From Macrostomum hystrix (lineage: Eukaryota; Animalia; Platyhelminthes), in the NCBI GenBank assembly GCA_950097015.1, contig CATNEN010000007.1, forward strand, positions 1,364,001-1,428,000: a stretch of 64,000 nucleotides of DNA, read 5' to 3'. Shown here in pieces: positions 37,013-49,221 of this stretch (within the stretch, counting starts at the first letter, position 1; each line of letters begins with the position of its first letter). The notes beneath the pieces are model-generated. The model saw only the letters and a program-made list of their open reading frames with translations, searched no databases and was not told where the DNA came from. The translations under genes were made by a program, and so were the position numbers.

Positions 37013-37834
37013 TGCAGAGGGAAAATGTCAAAGCAATGAATGCACATTGACAATCCCAGCATTAGTTTTATGCAGAGGGAAAAATGTCAAAGCAATGAAT
37101 GCACATTGACAATCCCAGCATTAGTTTTATGCAGAGGGAAAATGTCAAAGCAATGAATGCACATTGACAATCCCAGCATTAGTTTTATGCAGAGGGAAAA
37201 ATGTCAAAGCAATGAATGCACATTGACAATCCCAGCATTAGTTTTATGCAGAGGGAAAAATGTCAAAGCAATGAATGCCCATTGACAATCCCAGCATTAG
37301 TTTTATGCAGAGGGAAAAATGTCAAAGCAATGAATGCACATTGACAATCCCAGCATTAGTTTTATGCAGAGGGAAAAATGTCAAAGCAATGAATGCCCAT
37401 TGACAATCCCAGCATTAGTTTTATGCAGAGGGAAAAATGTCAAAGCAATGAATGCCCATTGACAATCCCAGCATTAGTTTTATGCAGAGGGAAAAATGTC
37501 AAAGCAATGAATGCCCATTGACAATCCCAGCATTAGTTTTTTGCAGAGGGAAAAATGTCAAAGCAATGAATGCCCATTGACAATCCCAGCATTAGTTTTT
37601 TGCAGAGGGAAAAATGTCAAAGCAATGAATGCCCATTGACAATCCCAGCATTAGTTTTTTGCAGAGGGAAAAATGTCAAAGCAATGAATGCCCATTGACA
37701 ATCCCAGCATTAGTTTTTTGCAGAGGGAAAAATGTCAAAGCAATGAATGCCCATTGACAATCCCAGCATTAGTTTTTTGCAGAGGGAAAAATGTCAAAGC
37801 AATGAATGCACATTGACAGTCCCAGCATTTTTTT
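37013..37834. repeat. 59 bp subterminal repeat array, about 14 units
   Basis: Unit GCAGAGGGAAAAATGTCAAAGCAATGAATGC[A/C]CATTGACAATCCCAGCATTAGTTTTAT. Confidence 0.96.
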
Positions 37835-37929
37835 GTGTCAGATAGCAGATACTTAATAGTAAAGTGTTGCATTTTGACTTAAATATTATGAGACTTTTTG
37901 GTTTGATGCACTTAGCTGCTAATATATAT

Positions 37930-40610
37930 TTAACACGCGGTCTCGTCATCATCAGAATCATCTGATGCTGAATTGAATGAGTTATCTAGATCGTCCAGTC
38001 GTTCGTTAGAATCATTTTTGTCTAAACTGTCAACCGTGGGAGTTAAACTTTGGATTGAGTCTTGGTTGACTGAGAGCATTGCTATAGGGACACTTTCAAT
38101 TTGCCGGTAAATAATCTGAAACAGTCGGTGAAAGTGTGCCGGTAGACCTGGTTGACCTTCTAAAGTTATACAATGCTCTTGAATACGCTTCTGAATATCA
38201 CGCCATTCATCAAAAAGAAAGTTTTTTTCCTCATCAAGCCTCTCTTTTTTATGACTTACGTCAATGGCGCGTCTACGAAAGCTTCCTGTAAAATCGTTTT
38301 TAGCAATTCCGGAATAGAAGCTATGCTTAGGGTTTTGAAGTTCTGTAAAAGTTGGTCTATAGTTTTGTGGCAATTTGGAATAGAGTTTCTGCATTTCCGA
38401 AGTTAGACTAAAAACTCTACGAGCACAACTTTTTGTTCGACTTTGACCTGTGGAAGTACCAAGTTCTCTAAGCCAATATATTCTTTGAGTGGCAACTGAC
38501 CTTAAAGAGCCCAGCGTATCTTCTTCAAGAGAGGCGTGACCCGAAATTGATTCCATATGCCATTGCTGGCCTAAGACCAGAATCTGCTCATCCGATACGT
38601 CAAAGCGAGTGTCAATACAACCAGAATTTTTTAAGACAGCCATTTCATGCATTAGAGCTTGAATTTCGTTTTTTATTGCTGTAGAGGTAGTTGTAATCAA
38701 TTTCAACCTTTGCGCAAACCACACATGTGCATTTAAAAGTTGTTGAGCATTGAAATTGTGTAAAATATGGGATATGGACATTGTCCTCCGATCATTCCGC
38801 ATGTACTTAAAAAACTTTCCATACGGTCTTAAGGCAGCCCAGGCTCGTTCAGAATGCTCACCGTCACACAAGCCAGCTCCCGGAGTAACGCGTACGGATA
38901 AATTCAGCTGACAGCTAGTTTTATGTCCAAGGACGTGAAACGCATTAACAGCACACATGCTGCTATGGACATCAGCCCCGGACTGTGCAACGATAGACTT
39001 GACCCGATTGGAGACACGACAACCTGAAATTGAAACGATTTCGAGTATATTCGAGCAAGAAAACTTTTTATGCCACTTTCAATATTTTTTGGAAAACTGT
39101 TAAAAATATTTTGCACGAAGTATGAATTATAATGATATGATTTAAACTGTACGCATGTTAAATCGGATTACTCACCAACGTCATAAATAAACAGTAGATG
39201 CTTTGACACTGGCGTCGTTTTTAAATAATGAAGCAGGCATTCCTCTGGATAGCAAAGACGCTCTCCTGGAGTATTTATATTACACCCTGTCACAAGCCTA
39301 TTGTGTCTGCAGAACAGACCAAAGAATCCATAGACGTTGTTCCGTGAGGCACCTCTCGAGGTCTCTTTAGTTGTACTACCAGCTCTCCAGTTAGGACAAC
39401 TGTCAGGCTCAGGATGATGGACAGTAGAACCTTGTTGAGAATTTCCATCTACGTAAATAAGAGGTTCAGGCAAAATACGACCATCACCTGGTAAATCCTT
39501 CTGCTTTCCACCCGACGCTGCAAATTGCTGCCAACCGAAGAGACCATCACCACATAGAACAGTCTTGCGTTTAGAGTTTTTTTTCTGGGCAACTTAGGCA
39601 TGTTTTTGGCCAACATGAATTATGGTTTTGCAACTCGCGAAAGCGCAAAAGTACACCGTACCGCTGAATACGTTGGTAGACACTCTTCGCTAAGTCTGGA
39701 CTCCAGCAACCTTGTCCCACGACTGTGCCCTTAAAGAATGAGTGAATTGCTCTATGCATAGGCAACTGTCCATCCATGCACATTGAATCAAGAAGTGAAA
39801 GGAAACTAAAGGAAAAAAAAAGTTAAACATTCGCCATCTGATGAAGCCGTTGCAGGGAAGTAGCCCTGAGACAGCAAAGCACAACAGGTGTCGCATGCTG
39901 CACATGTAAAAACTTTTGCCTGGACGCTTCCGGTTATGTTAATTAACTGCACGTTGCTCGCTGCATTAAATACTTTGCCTCTCGCACAGTCATTACAGCA
40001 GTAAAGTTTTGGAAAAGATATGGCTGCCCCGGAAGTTTCCTCACTAAACATCAGTAGATCGATCTGCGGGAGGAAGTTACATTTTAGTTTACATTTTTGA
40101 TTGGCATAGATTGCTAAAATTGCTGTTGAGATCTTTTTTTCTTGTTTCGTTTAAAAAAGTGCACTTATGAGCTAAAGATCACTAAATATATGTAGGTTTG
40201 CTTACATTCCAGAGTAGAAATTTATGAGCAACGAAATCTCCATGAGTTACTTCCTTGCAGTCAGCACATAGATCCACGTTACAGGTTATACAGCGAAAAA
40301 TACCTTGGTTTTCTCGGCAGCGTATGCACTGGCTCAAAATAAATGACTTCCGATAACTCGGTGAACAATTTTCAACAAATGAATCATAATTTTCCCACTC
40401 GATAAAGCAATCGGACGAACTTTCAAAGTCGAAATCTGCTTCTTGAAAAACAGAACTGGACGTGCCAGAAGTGTTTTGAACTGCAGATTTAGCACTATGT
40501 TGATTCCAACAGTCTTTACCGGCAGAGTATTTTGTTGATCTTGGTCGTCCACGCAGGCCAGAAACGTAAGTTACCTTGCGTGTTTTCTTCAGGGTTTTAA
40601 AACGGTACAT
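37930..40610 (-). CDS. KDZ (Kyakuja-Dileera-Zisupton) transposase with N-terminal B-box-like Zn finger and CxC domain; exons 40610-40206, 40063-39176, 39023-37930; about 790 aa if two homopolymer frameshifts are corrected
   Basis: C-x2-C..C-x2-C..C-x2-C..H..H finger; CAACDTCCALLSQGYFPAT (CxC-type); FSFLSLLD; CLSCP; VLCGDGLF; GFFGLFCRH..GERLCY; YDVGC formed across the 39175/39023 splice; AFHVLGHKTSCQ..GAGLCDGEHSERAW. Frame breaks only at an A9 run (39813-39821) and a T8 run (39577-39584) on the plus strand. Confidence 0.85.
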
Positions 40611-40879
40611 CTGAAATAAGTAAAATGTACTTACTTTAATTTGATTTAATGAAGTTTAATAATGCAACAAATATCATGTTTGACCAGGACTATTTGAATC
40701 CTTATTATTTGTATCCACTACTTTAGGGCACCGCAAAATATATAATAATATAATCATAACGACTAAGAGTTAAATAATCTACCGGAAAATGCCTTTAAAG
40801 GTGAAAGCTCTTGGCTCGTCTGATTGATAGGTAGATCTGGAATTTATTACTTTTCGTTTTCATTTATTTTTAAGTAGTT

Positions 40880-41190
40880 TCTGTTCAATATGTTGTAGCG
40901 GTTGAAATCATTGTGCCATGTTTCAACAGCTTGCAGCAACTGAGACCAATAAGTACTTTAAACAACTTAGAGGTGAAGTCTGCAGTTCAAAGTGTTCCCA
41001 ATATTGAATCAGATATTAAAAGTTCGCAGCCAATTAACGGCTGTGCTTCTATGTTTACTAATCTTGACTAATCAAAAGGGAAACTAACGTTAGTATTTAA
41101 GTTGGCGATATTATACTTCTGGCGATTTGAGTATAATATCCCTACCAATTTCAGCTCAAATGAATGCGGCAGAAGGTAGCCTGTTGGGCG
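40880..41190 (-). pseudogene. Possible degraded Mutator-like transposase fragment
   Basis: Broken frames include STYWSQLLQAVETWHNDFNR, reminiscent of the animal MULE motif TNNAVEGWHN.FN; multiple stops and frameshifts. Confidence 0.3.
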
Positions 41191-41370
41191 ATTGAACTGC
41201 CAGGTTAGTGTTTTTTTACTAATGGAGCCGAGATATATATTTATGTACATCAGGAATTTAGGCAGCTATCATATGCTAAACTGTAATTGTTTTTGCTTGT
41301 TGTAGCCTAGTTCGGTAATTTACAGAATTTACAGAACTTCAAAAAAATTCGCTTAAAATACGAGCGAATA

Positions 41371-41980
41371 CCAGATACACCCTATCTGGTGACCGGCAAT
41401 GAAACCTGGATACCGCACTTTGACCCTGAGACCAAGCAGAAAGCAAGGTGTGGGCGTTGAAGGGTTCAGATCCACCTGTGAAAGCGAAGCGAGACCAGCA
41501 CTGCAAGAAGATCATGCTGACCCTTTTCTTCGATCAAGAAGGTTGACCTGACCCTTCTGGGTCTAACCCTGACCATCGACTTCCTTGGGCCTAACAGCAC
41601 GGTTAACTCGGACCGGTACACGGAGACGCTGACTAAGATGAAATCAGACATCCGCAACAAGCGCAGGGCTGCGATGAAGCCTCACCTCCTGTTGCACGAC
41701 AACGCTCGACCTCACACGGCCAAGAAAACGCTTGATCGTATCAACGAACTCAATTTTGATCTGCTTGCGCACCCACCCTACTCACCAGACTTAGCTCCTT
41801 GCGACTACGCAATTTTCCCTCAGTTAAAGAAGCACCTGCGGGGGCGCATCTTTGACCATCGCGACAACTTGGAAGGTGAATTCAGGCGGGTTCTGCTGCA
41901 CGAAATTCCGCGTCGAGCTTATGCAGATGCCATCAATGCGCTTCTCACGCGATGGACTAAGTGCTGCGAGCTAAGGGGGA
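41371..41980 (+). pseudogene. Mariner (DD34D) transposase catalytic-domain remnant
   Basis: VTGNETW (first D changed to N), LLHDNARPH, YSPDLAPCD with 34 residues between the second and third D; frameshift and stop between 41445 and 41570. Confidence 0.92.
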
Positions 41981-42324
41981 CTTCGTCGAAAAGTCGTCAG
42001 TCGACGGCGATGGCGATGCTGCCAGGGGTTAGCGATATGGGCGGCACCGGCCGCCTCCTCGCTGCGTCTGTCATGGAGGCTCCCTGCCGCTAAGTCAAAG
42101 AAGTAGGTCAGCAATGGCGATGCTGCGTGACCGATTCCGCTGGCCTTGACTTGGTGTAACTCTACCCCTTACCCCTTGTTCTAATTTTAGCTAAAACTTT
42201 TTAATGAGTTGACATATTTACTTGATTTAAAAAGCATTAGAACTGCTGAATGTTTATATATCAGTGACGTAAGTTTCAATAAACTATGTTGCACCAGTTT
42301 GCCTGTGCATCGATTTTTCCCGCT

Positions 42325-42344
42325 ATTTCTGGGACACCCTACGT
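42325..42344 (-). mobile_element. Solo Tc1-like terminal inverted repeat
   Basis: Minus strand TACGTAGGGTGTCCCAGAAA, typical Tc1-type end; no partner found. Confidence 0.4.
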
Positions 42345-42587
42345 ATAAAAACAAATATTTCAGAAACGACTTTGAAAATTTTCATCTTTACTTCCATGGA
42401 TTTCCTTCCAATTTCAATGAGGTGAATATAATTTAACACATATTTTGTTAGCATGTTGCAGTAAATTTTTAGACTACATGATAAAATTCTGTAAATTTCA
42501 TTGCATTTTCTTATTTTAGAACAATGTCAAATGTCTGTTAGAGCAATTGGAATCCCATCGGATGTTCGCATAATCAGGCCGCTAACA

Positions 42588-42735
42588 GCAGCGACCTTCT
42601 TGCCGCCATGGACGTGTTCCAGCTGGTGGCCAAGTCAGAGGGTCTGGGACCACTTCAGATGGGCGTCACCGGTGTCGACATGTTTGATTTGCTGCTCCAA
42701 CCATTCCATGAGGCAGCCGCAGCAATAGCTCTGCA
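42588..42735 (+). pseudogene. Isolated ~148 bp copy of the methyltransferase-like exon
   Basis: Matches 30762-30909 and 62108-62255 with few substitutions, unrelated flanks. Confidence 0.88.
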
Positions 42736-43301
42736 AGGAGTTTTCTGATGTTGGTTACTCAAATGCCAATATCTGTAAAGTGACTGGTCACAGGCAGGTG
42801 AAAACAGTCAAGCAGTACCTGCAATTTGGAAGTCAATGCACATTCAAGATGTAGGCCACGTGCAGCGCACTGCATACATTGCTACATAGAGCTAACTCAT
42901 CCATAGGCAACACAAATCAAGTGGAGACAAATGTTAATTTTTGTTTCTCTATTTATACTGTTAATATACAATAGATTTAAAAAAAAGTTGAATATGTTTT
43001 TTGCTGCATGCATAAATGCATTGGCAACATTGCCATGCCAGTGTAATTATGTAGTGTGCATTATGCAGGCCACTGACCAATTTGTACACCACTGCATGCC
43101 ACTTCTGAAAATACACACAGGAAAATTCTTGTCTGCACTACATGATCCACACTATGGATAGATATGGCATAGGCGTTATCTGCATGCTTAAGTGTTGTAC
43201 AAGAAAAGTTTGTTTGAGACACTACAACCAACTATAGTCATCAAAACTATTATGTCTTGAATGTTTTTGTACATATGATTGTTGGATTATGTTTATTCCA
43301 G

Positions 43302-43670
43302 TCTGGTGAGCTGGAAAGTCTAGGCAATCCTAGATTTATTGCATTGTGCTCCAACACTAAAACTTTTGTTGCTGATTCTTCAGGCCAGCTAGTGAGAGAG
43401 AATTGTGCAGGTGATATCACTGTGAGGCTCCCTTTTTGTTCCGTTTTACATGGAGACTAAAGTTATGAGATTCTTGCCTTTTCAATTGATGGGTCTGTCT
43501 GTCTCAAAGCCCAGAGGGATTTTGATTTGCCAAAGGAAATCACAGGTCTTAGCTGTGACAGCAAGTGCCAGGCTCTCTACATTGCTCAGTGGAATTCATT
43601 TTCTGTGGCAGGTTTAATTGGCTGCAGTTTGAGGGTGATCGATATAGGCAGCCAGCCAGTCTGTTTTTAG
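43302..43670 (+). pseudogene. Possible NHL/beta-propeller gene fragment with one internal stop
   Basis: After a TTCCAG acceptor: SGELESLGNPRFIALCSNTKTFVADSSGQ..LHGD*SYEILAFSIDGS..ITGLSCDSKCQALYIAQW; blade-like P.FIA/FVAD/LYIA motifs. Confidence 0.35.
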
Positions 43671-43689
43671 GACTGATTGCAAAACAAAA

Positions 43690-43795
43690 CACCAGCAGAT
43701 AAGCATAAATTTTGAGCATGGATTCATATGGATAAAATTGAAATTATAAGCATAGGACCACGTGGATAAAATTGAAATTATCAGCATAGGACCAC
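43690..43795. mobile_element. Right TIR fragment of the 9 bp-TSD MITE family, with tandemly reiterated subunits
   Basis: GATAAAATTGAAATTATCAGCATAGGACCACGTG x3 ending ATAAGCACTTCC; similar to 7225-7292. Confidence 0.6.
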
Positions 43796-45233
43796 GTGGA
43801 TAAAATTGAAATTATCAGCATAGGACCATGTGAATAAGCACTTCCTATGGGACACAGCTAGGCCCTGGAAGCATGGTTAATAAAAAATTATTAATTATAT
43901 TAGTTGTCTATACAACTACGGGCAACATATTTAAGGAAAATAGGGGCCTATGAGTGAATAGAAAGCACTGACAGTCATACTTACCTTAACAAATAGCTAA
44001 TTTGACGATTTAATCTAAATTAATTAGAAACTTTATATTTACTATTTTGCAATAAAAATGCGCTGCGACAAAAAAATCGCAATGCTTTTGACTGAGACTT
44101 CAAAATAAATTAAAGATTTAAGAATCGATCTATTATCTAGTAGTAGTATCAGTAGATAATTAACACAAGTAACCTAATCGGTTTAGGATAGCATAGTGTA
44201 GTGCGGCTGGAAATGTTCTTTTAAAATTGCGCTAAATATTTAATTGTTGCTATACAGTAACTATAGCGATTGCAAAAAACATTATTATGTTATTAATTTT
44301 TACTTTTATGACCCTTGAAAATAATGCAAATATAAATTATAAATTATTTTAATCGTTGTCTAATTAAAATATAATCGCACCAGTTTGAAAAGCGCGCTGC
44401 AATCGATTGTAAGTGTAAGGCGCGGCGCGGCGTGTAAACTGAAGACGTTAAATTGCTGTAGTAAAACTGTTTAAATTCGCGGCCTTCAAACCCAGTTATA
44501 CTACAATAGAATAGGATAGAATATTGGATAGGAATAAAACAACCGCAAAAACTGTAATTTAAAATTTAAATTTCAAGTCAATAAAGCGCTTGTCTGTAAC
44601 TAAAAACTGTTAAAGCAATTTTAATTTTTGTGCAATAAAATGAGATTTTTTACTAATTCTACGTTTTGTTTTTAGCGTTTGTTTTGTTTTAACGTGTTTA
44701 CGTAACATTTTATCGTCCGGGAGTTTAGTTTGCGTGAAGGAATTGGGACGTACCAAAATAAACACATATGAACACAAAATGAAGCAACGTTTAATAAAAA
44801 CAGAATGTATATGAATAAATTTCGAATTTAGATTGCAGAAAACAAAAAATATCAAATAATTCACAATTGGTTATGATCGATCGTGTAACCTTTCAATGGT
44901 CCCTAGCAATCGAAATTCATTACTAATTCATTTGTTGGCCGGAACTCGGGAGGGAGATAAGATACCAAACTATTACCTTATTAATGTACGAAACACAGTC
45001 CCTCTTCCTCTATTTAGAATCTCAATCTTGTGCATCGGAACGCGCCAAATTTTTAAATTATGCATACTTACATACCTAGCTTCTACTTATTCATTCCTAT
45101 ATTTATAATTGTATACTTATTCTCTCTTGTATCTTCTAAATTACAGATTTTAGGTTCAACTGTTACGGTATAGAATAAATAAGAATGAAAGAACGATTAA
45201 GAACGATAAAGAACTTTTAAGTTGGGCTTTCTA

Positions 45234-46167
45234 CCAGCCAGTATAATAACATTTTTTCCCTTCACTTCTATCAAGTCCGTGTAGATTGTTGAGTAGCGCT
45301 GAATCCTCGCATGCGGAAGGTCCCTAGCTCGATTACCAATTACATTTGATTTTTGTAATTGACGAAATAAAACTTATCACTTTTTGTCATTTATTCTTTT
45401 CATTCCTCCTTTCTATTGATCTGTCATCTATTTCATTTCTAAAATGCATATAATATGCCTGTGTTGTATTATAGTTCTTGCCGTTCTAGCCAAAAAGATA
45501 TAATTCATTATGCAAGAGTTTTCCATATACGAAATTCGTTCGCCACTGCTTCGAGTTCTTTCGAGTTCTAGGGACAAGTTTGGTTTCTTTTGAAAAATGG
45601 CTTTGTCATGTATGTATCTCATGTATCTCATTGAGCTACTTAGTCGAAGTTATTCTACACTACGCCGTAAAAATGGCTTCCCTATATGTTTGGAAATGTC
45701 TAGAAATGGCTAGTGTTATGGCCAGCCAGTATAATAATATTTTTTCCCTTCACTTGTATTAAGTCTGTGTAGATTGTTGAGTAGCGCTGAATCCTCGCAT
45801 GCGGAAGGTCCCTAGCTCGATTACCAACCACTACTGATTTTTGTAATTGACGAAATAAAACTTTTTCACTTTTTGTCATTTTTTCTTTTCATTCCTCCTT
45901 TCTATTAATCTGTCATCTATTTCATTTCTAAAATGCATATATGCCTGTGTTGTATATAGTTCTTGCCGTTCTAGCCAAAAAGCTATAATTCATTATGCAA
46001 GAGTTTTCCATATCGAGTTCTTTGAGTTCTAGGGACAAGGATTCTAGTTTGGTTTCTTTTGAAAAATGGCCTTGTCATGTATGTATCTCATGTATCTCAT
46101 TGAGCTACTTAGTCGAAGTTATTCTACACTACGCCGTAAAAATGGCTTCCCTATATGTTTGGAAATA
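45234..46167 (+). repeat. Tandem duplication of a ~460-490 bp block, each copy with a degenerate tRNA-like segment
   Basis: 45234-45697 repeated at 45722-46167; GTGTAGATTGTTGAGTAGCGCTG..GAAGGTCCCTAGCTCGATTACC near 45279 and 45767. Confidence 0.85.
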
Positions 46168-46245
46168 AGTTATTTATATAGTTTCTTACTACATGCACGT
46201 GGGTTAGGAATGCAATTCCCCCAAGGCCACCGCCAGTAAGGCTAG

Positions 46246-46416
46246 CCCCCCGTGGGTCCACGTGGAATCACCCGGCTAGCCGAGTATTTTTTGACTAGTG
46301 GAAGTGTCGGCTAGCCGGCGGCCGTTAGATCAGCTCGCGGCCGCCGGCTAGCCGACACTTCCACTAGTCAAAAAATACTCGGCTAGCCGGGTGAATCCAT
46401 GTGGACCCACGGGGGG
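46246..46416. repeat. GC-rich palindrome, 79 bp arms, 13 bp spacer
   Basis: 46246-46324 is the reverse complement of 46338-46416 with about 2 mismatches; spacer TTAGATCAGCTCG. Confidence 0.95.
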
Positions 46417-49221
46417 TAGGGGGTAGGGGGTAGACTTCCGATAAATTTTACATGAATCATGCTACTCGTCTACTGCAAGTAGAAAGTATGAAATATGAAG
46501 TATGTAACTGGCTATCTAAATATTTTTCCTTTGCACTGATAATCATTTATTTCCAAACATATAGGCAAGCAAACCACAGTTCATACTAATTAATACAATA
46601 CAACTAAAGCTGAATGAGTTTAGATGGGACTTACTGATTAAGTGGATTTTACGTGTAATAGATATATGACGCTTTTCTATCGTGCTAAGTAAGAACCAAG
46701 AAGTGATCACCCCGTCTCAAACAAATGATACTTCCACCTTAACAGCGAGAGCTTAATGGCTTATCAGAAGCCAGAACTAAAATTACAACACATCCACTGT
46801 ATAAAATGGCTATAAAACGAAATAATTAGTAAATATTTAGCATCACAATAAAATATCGGATCAAAAAAATTCATTAGTAAAAATAATACGGAAAAAAATT
46901 CGAACCCCCCTCGTAACACTCAAACAGAGCGTTCTCTCTATCAACACGCCACACAGGTTGAGTTATACATGCATAAAAAGACATATTTATACTAGTTATA
47001 AGACAAAAACAAAATCAAATCATATTTATTTTAATTTTAAATTACTCATATTTATATAACTTGGTTGCTAGATTATATTGGCTTTATTTTTGACGGCAGT
47101 TAATTGAAATATTAAACTAAAGCTGTTTTACCCAGCTCTCCAACCCGTAAAATAGGCTTTTCATTCTACCCAGAAATCAGAATCAGTCATTCATTCTACC
47201 CAGAATTCCAGAACCAGAATCAGTTCTAAAATTCCAGAAAGTATAGCGGTATAACTCTACAGTGCCTTAAAAGAAACGAAACAGAAACAAGTAAGACTGA
47301 TTATGTACTCGTAATTATTTATGACAATGATCCGAATAAGGTATTAGCAAAAAATAGCTCGCTGTGGGTCTAGTGTCACTAAATGATGTGCCATTGCCCG
47401 CAGTCCTTCTGCAATCATTCTCAATATAATTGTATTCATTTGTCTATAGAATTCGTCACTTTTTTAGTGTTACGTGGAAAGAAAGAATTGTATTTTTATA
47501 AATACTCTTTTTACATGTCAAAAACGAGTCTGAATAGTCCGGATTTTACGTCAATTTCATAACTTTACGTGCGTATGGTATAACAAATAATTATACAGAA
47601 CTAAGTATGCGCATTAAAAAAAGTGTATTAGTACTTCTCAAAAAAAGTTTTTCTTAGTTACGTTGTGGTATATTTTTTTATTTAAGTTTTTATTTAATAG
47701 TTTAGAATTGTTTAAATAAAAAACGCGCCCTAATGCGCTGCGCCACCAAACTAGTTTAGTTGGCATTTTACACTTAGGATATCATTACATCCATAACAGA
47801 TTGTACTTTACTGTGTCTAGAGAAGGTATTTTTTAAAGTTACTTTGTCAATTTAAGTATTGAAATTTTCTATTAATTTTTTTAAAACAAAGGTGAGCAAT
47901 GTTTTTTCGTTTTAAATTTAGTTACTAGTACTACTTATGCCAGCAAATCGAAATCCCAATCCAATAGTTTTGATTTTCAACATTTATTAACTGACACAAT
48001 GAAAATGTTACATGTAAAGTTAATAATAGATGTTAGTTAAAACCTAAGACTAAACTACTAAGAGTGTTACTAATGCAACTTATATCCAAATTATCAGTCA
48101 GTGGTCTGGCTGACTAGCTAAATTTTTTAAACCAAAATGGTAATTGCTATAAAGTATAGACTTCAAGTTTTTAATAAATTTTAACTTTGCTTGCTTTTTG
48201 GGCTTCTTGAACTTTGACTTACTAGACTTAGCTGCAGGGTGGTCCATGGACCCTGCAGGGAGGCGAGGGTCTCTTGAACTTTAGGTCTATATAATAAAAT
48301 AGTTCTTGTTTTGATAGGATGATAAATCTGTGGCTACTAAGGCTTTTTGATGTGCTGATTTCATTTTTAATCAGATTTGTTATAGCTTTAGCCCCCTACC
48401 ATGCCATAGTCAGAAAAGTGGTAGAGTGCGTGTCAAAACAATTTTTTGCTCCTCCCAAAATTGTGCAACGTTACTACCTGCCTTGCAACAATAATAATTA
48501 ATATACCTGGCATAAATAATGTGGTGTGGAATTTTTCATAATTGTCTTTGGCCATAACCAGCTCGGAAGCATCCAAAGAGCAGAAAAAATCGCAGCTACA
48601 TTTCTAACCTTTATTAGTGACTTCAATCAGGCAATATTTCCAAGCTTCCAACTTCCAAGCATTCTGTAGCATTTTTTACTGGATTTGTCACTACTACCCT
48701 GTGGCTATATAACAGCTAAGTAAACTAAACTAAACTGAACTGAACTGAATTGAACTGAATTGTTACGAATACTATAAACTGAATTGTTTCTGCACTGCAC
48801 TTTTTTGCTGCATTTAGCACAATTTTAAATTTATTCATAAAAATAATTTTGCAAACAAAAGTAAATTTATGCCATGCGCTCGTATACCTTTTTATAAAAC
48901 AGCAACCCTTTTGTGACATAATATTCTCACTAGGCCCTACCCCTATAATATTTTTATATTATTATGGTACAGGCATACATATTACAAGAGTTACAAGATG
49001 AAATAAGATTATTATGGTCAGTACTGATTATATTATAAGAAATTGAGATTATCAAACCGAAAAAAGAAAAAGGAAATTTAAATTTAAATTTACTCTAATT
49101 TTAAAGCATAAAGTAGGCACTAAAGCTTCGTATTTCAGTTTGAGTCTTAAATTAAAGTGCATAGGAAATAGTGCAATAAAATGGTTTTATTTTGTAATTC
49201 TAATTTTTTTCTTACACACAG

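Larger units (their letters stand above)
35983..46324 (-). mobile_element. Putative KDZ transposon (transposase module), minus orientation, with nested remnants and gene fragments
   Basis: 35983-37834 is an inverted copy of 50605-52213 (66 aa ORF 36567-36767 identical to 51429-51629); 46246-46324 is an inverted copy of 46338-46416; contains the KDZ transposase. No TSD seen. Confidence 0.6.
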
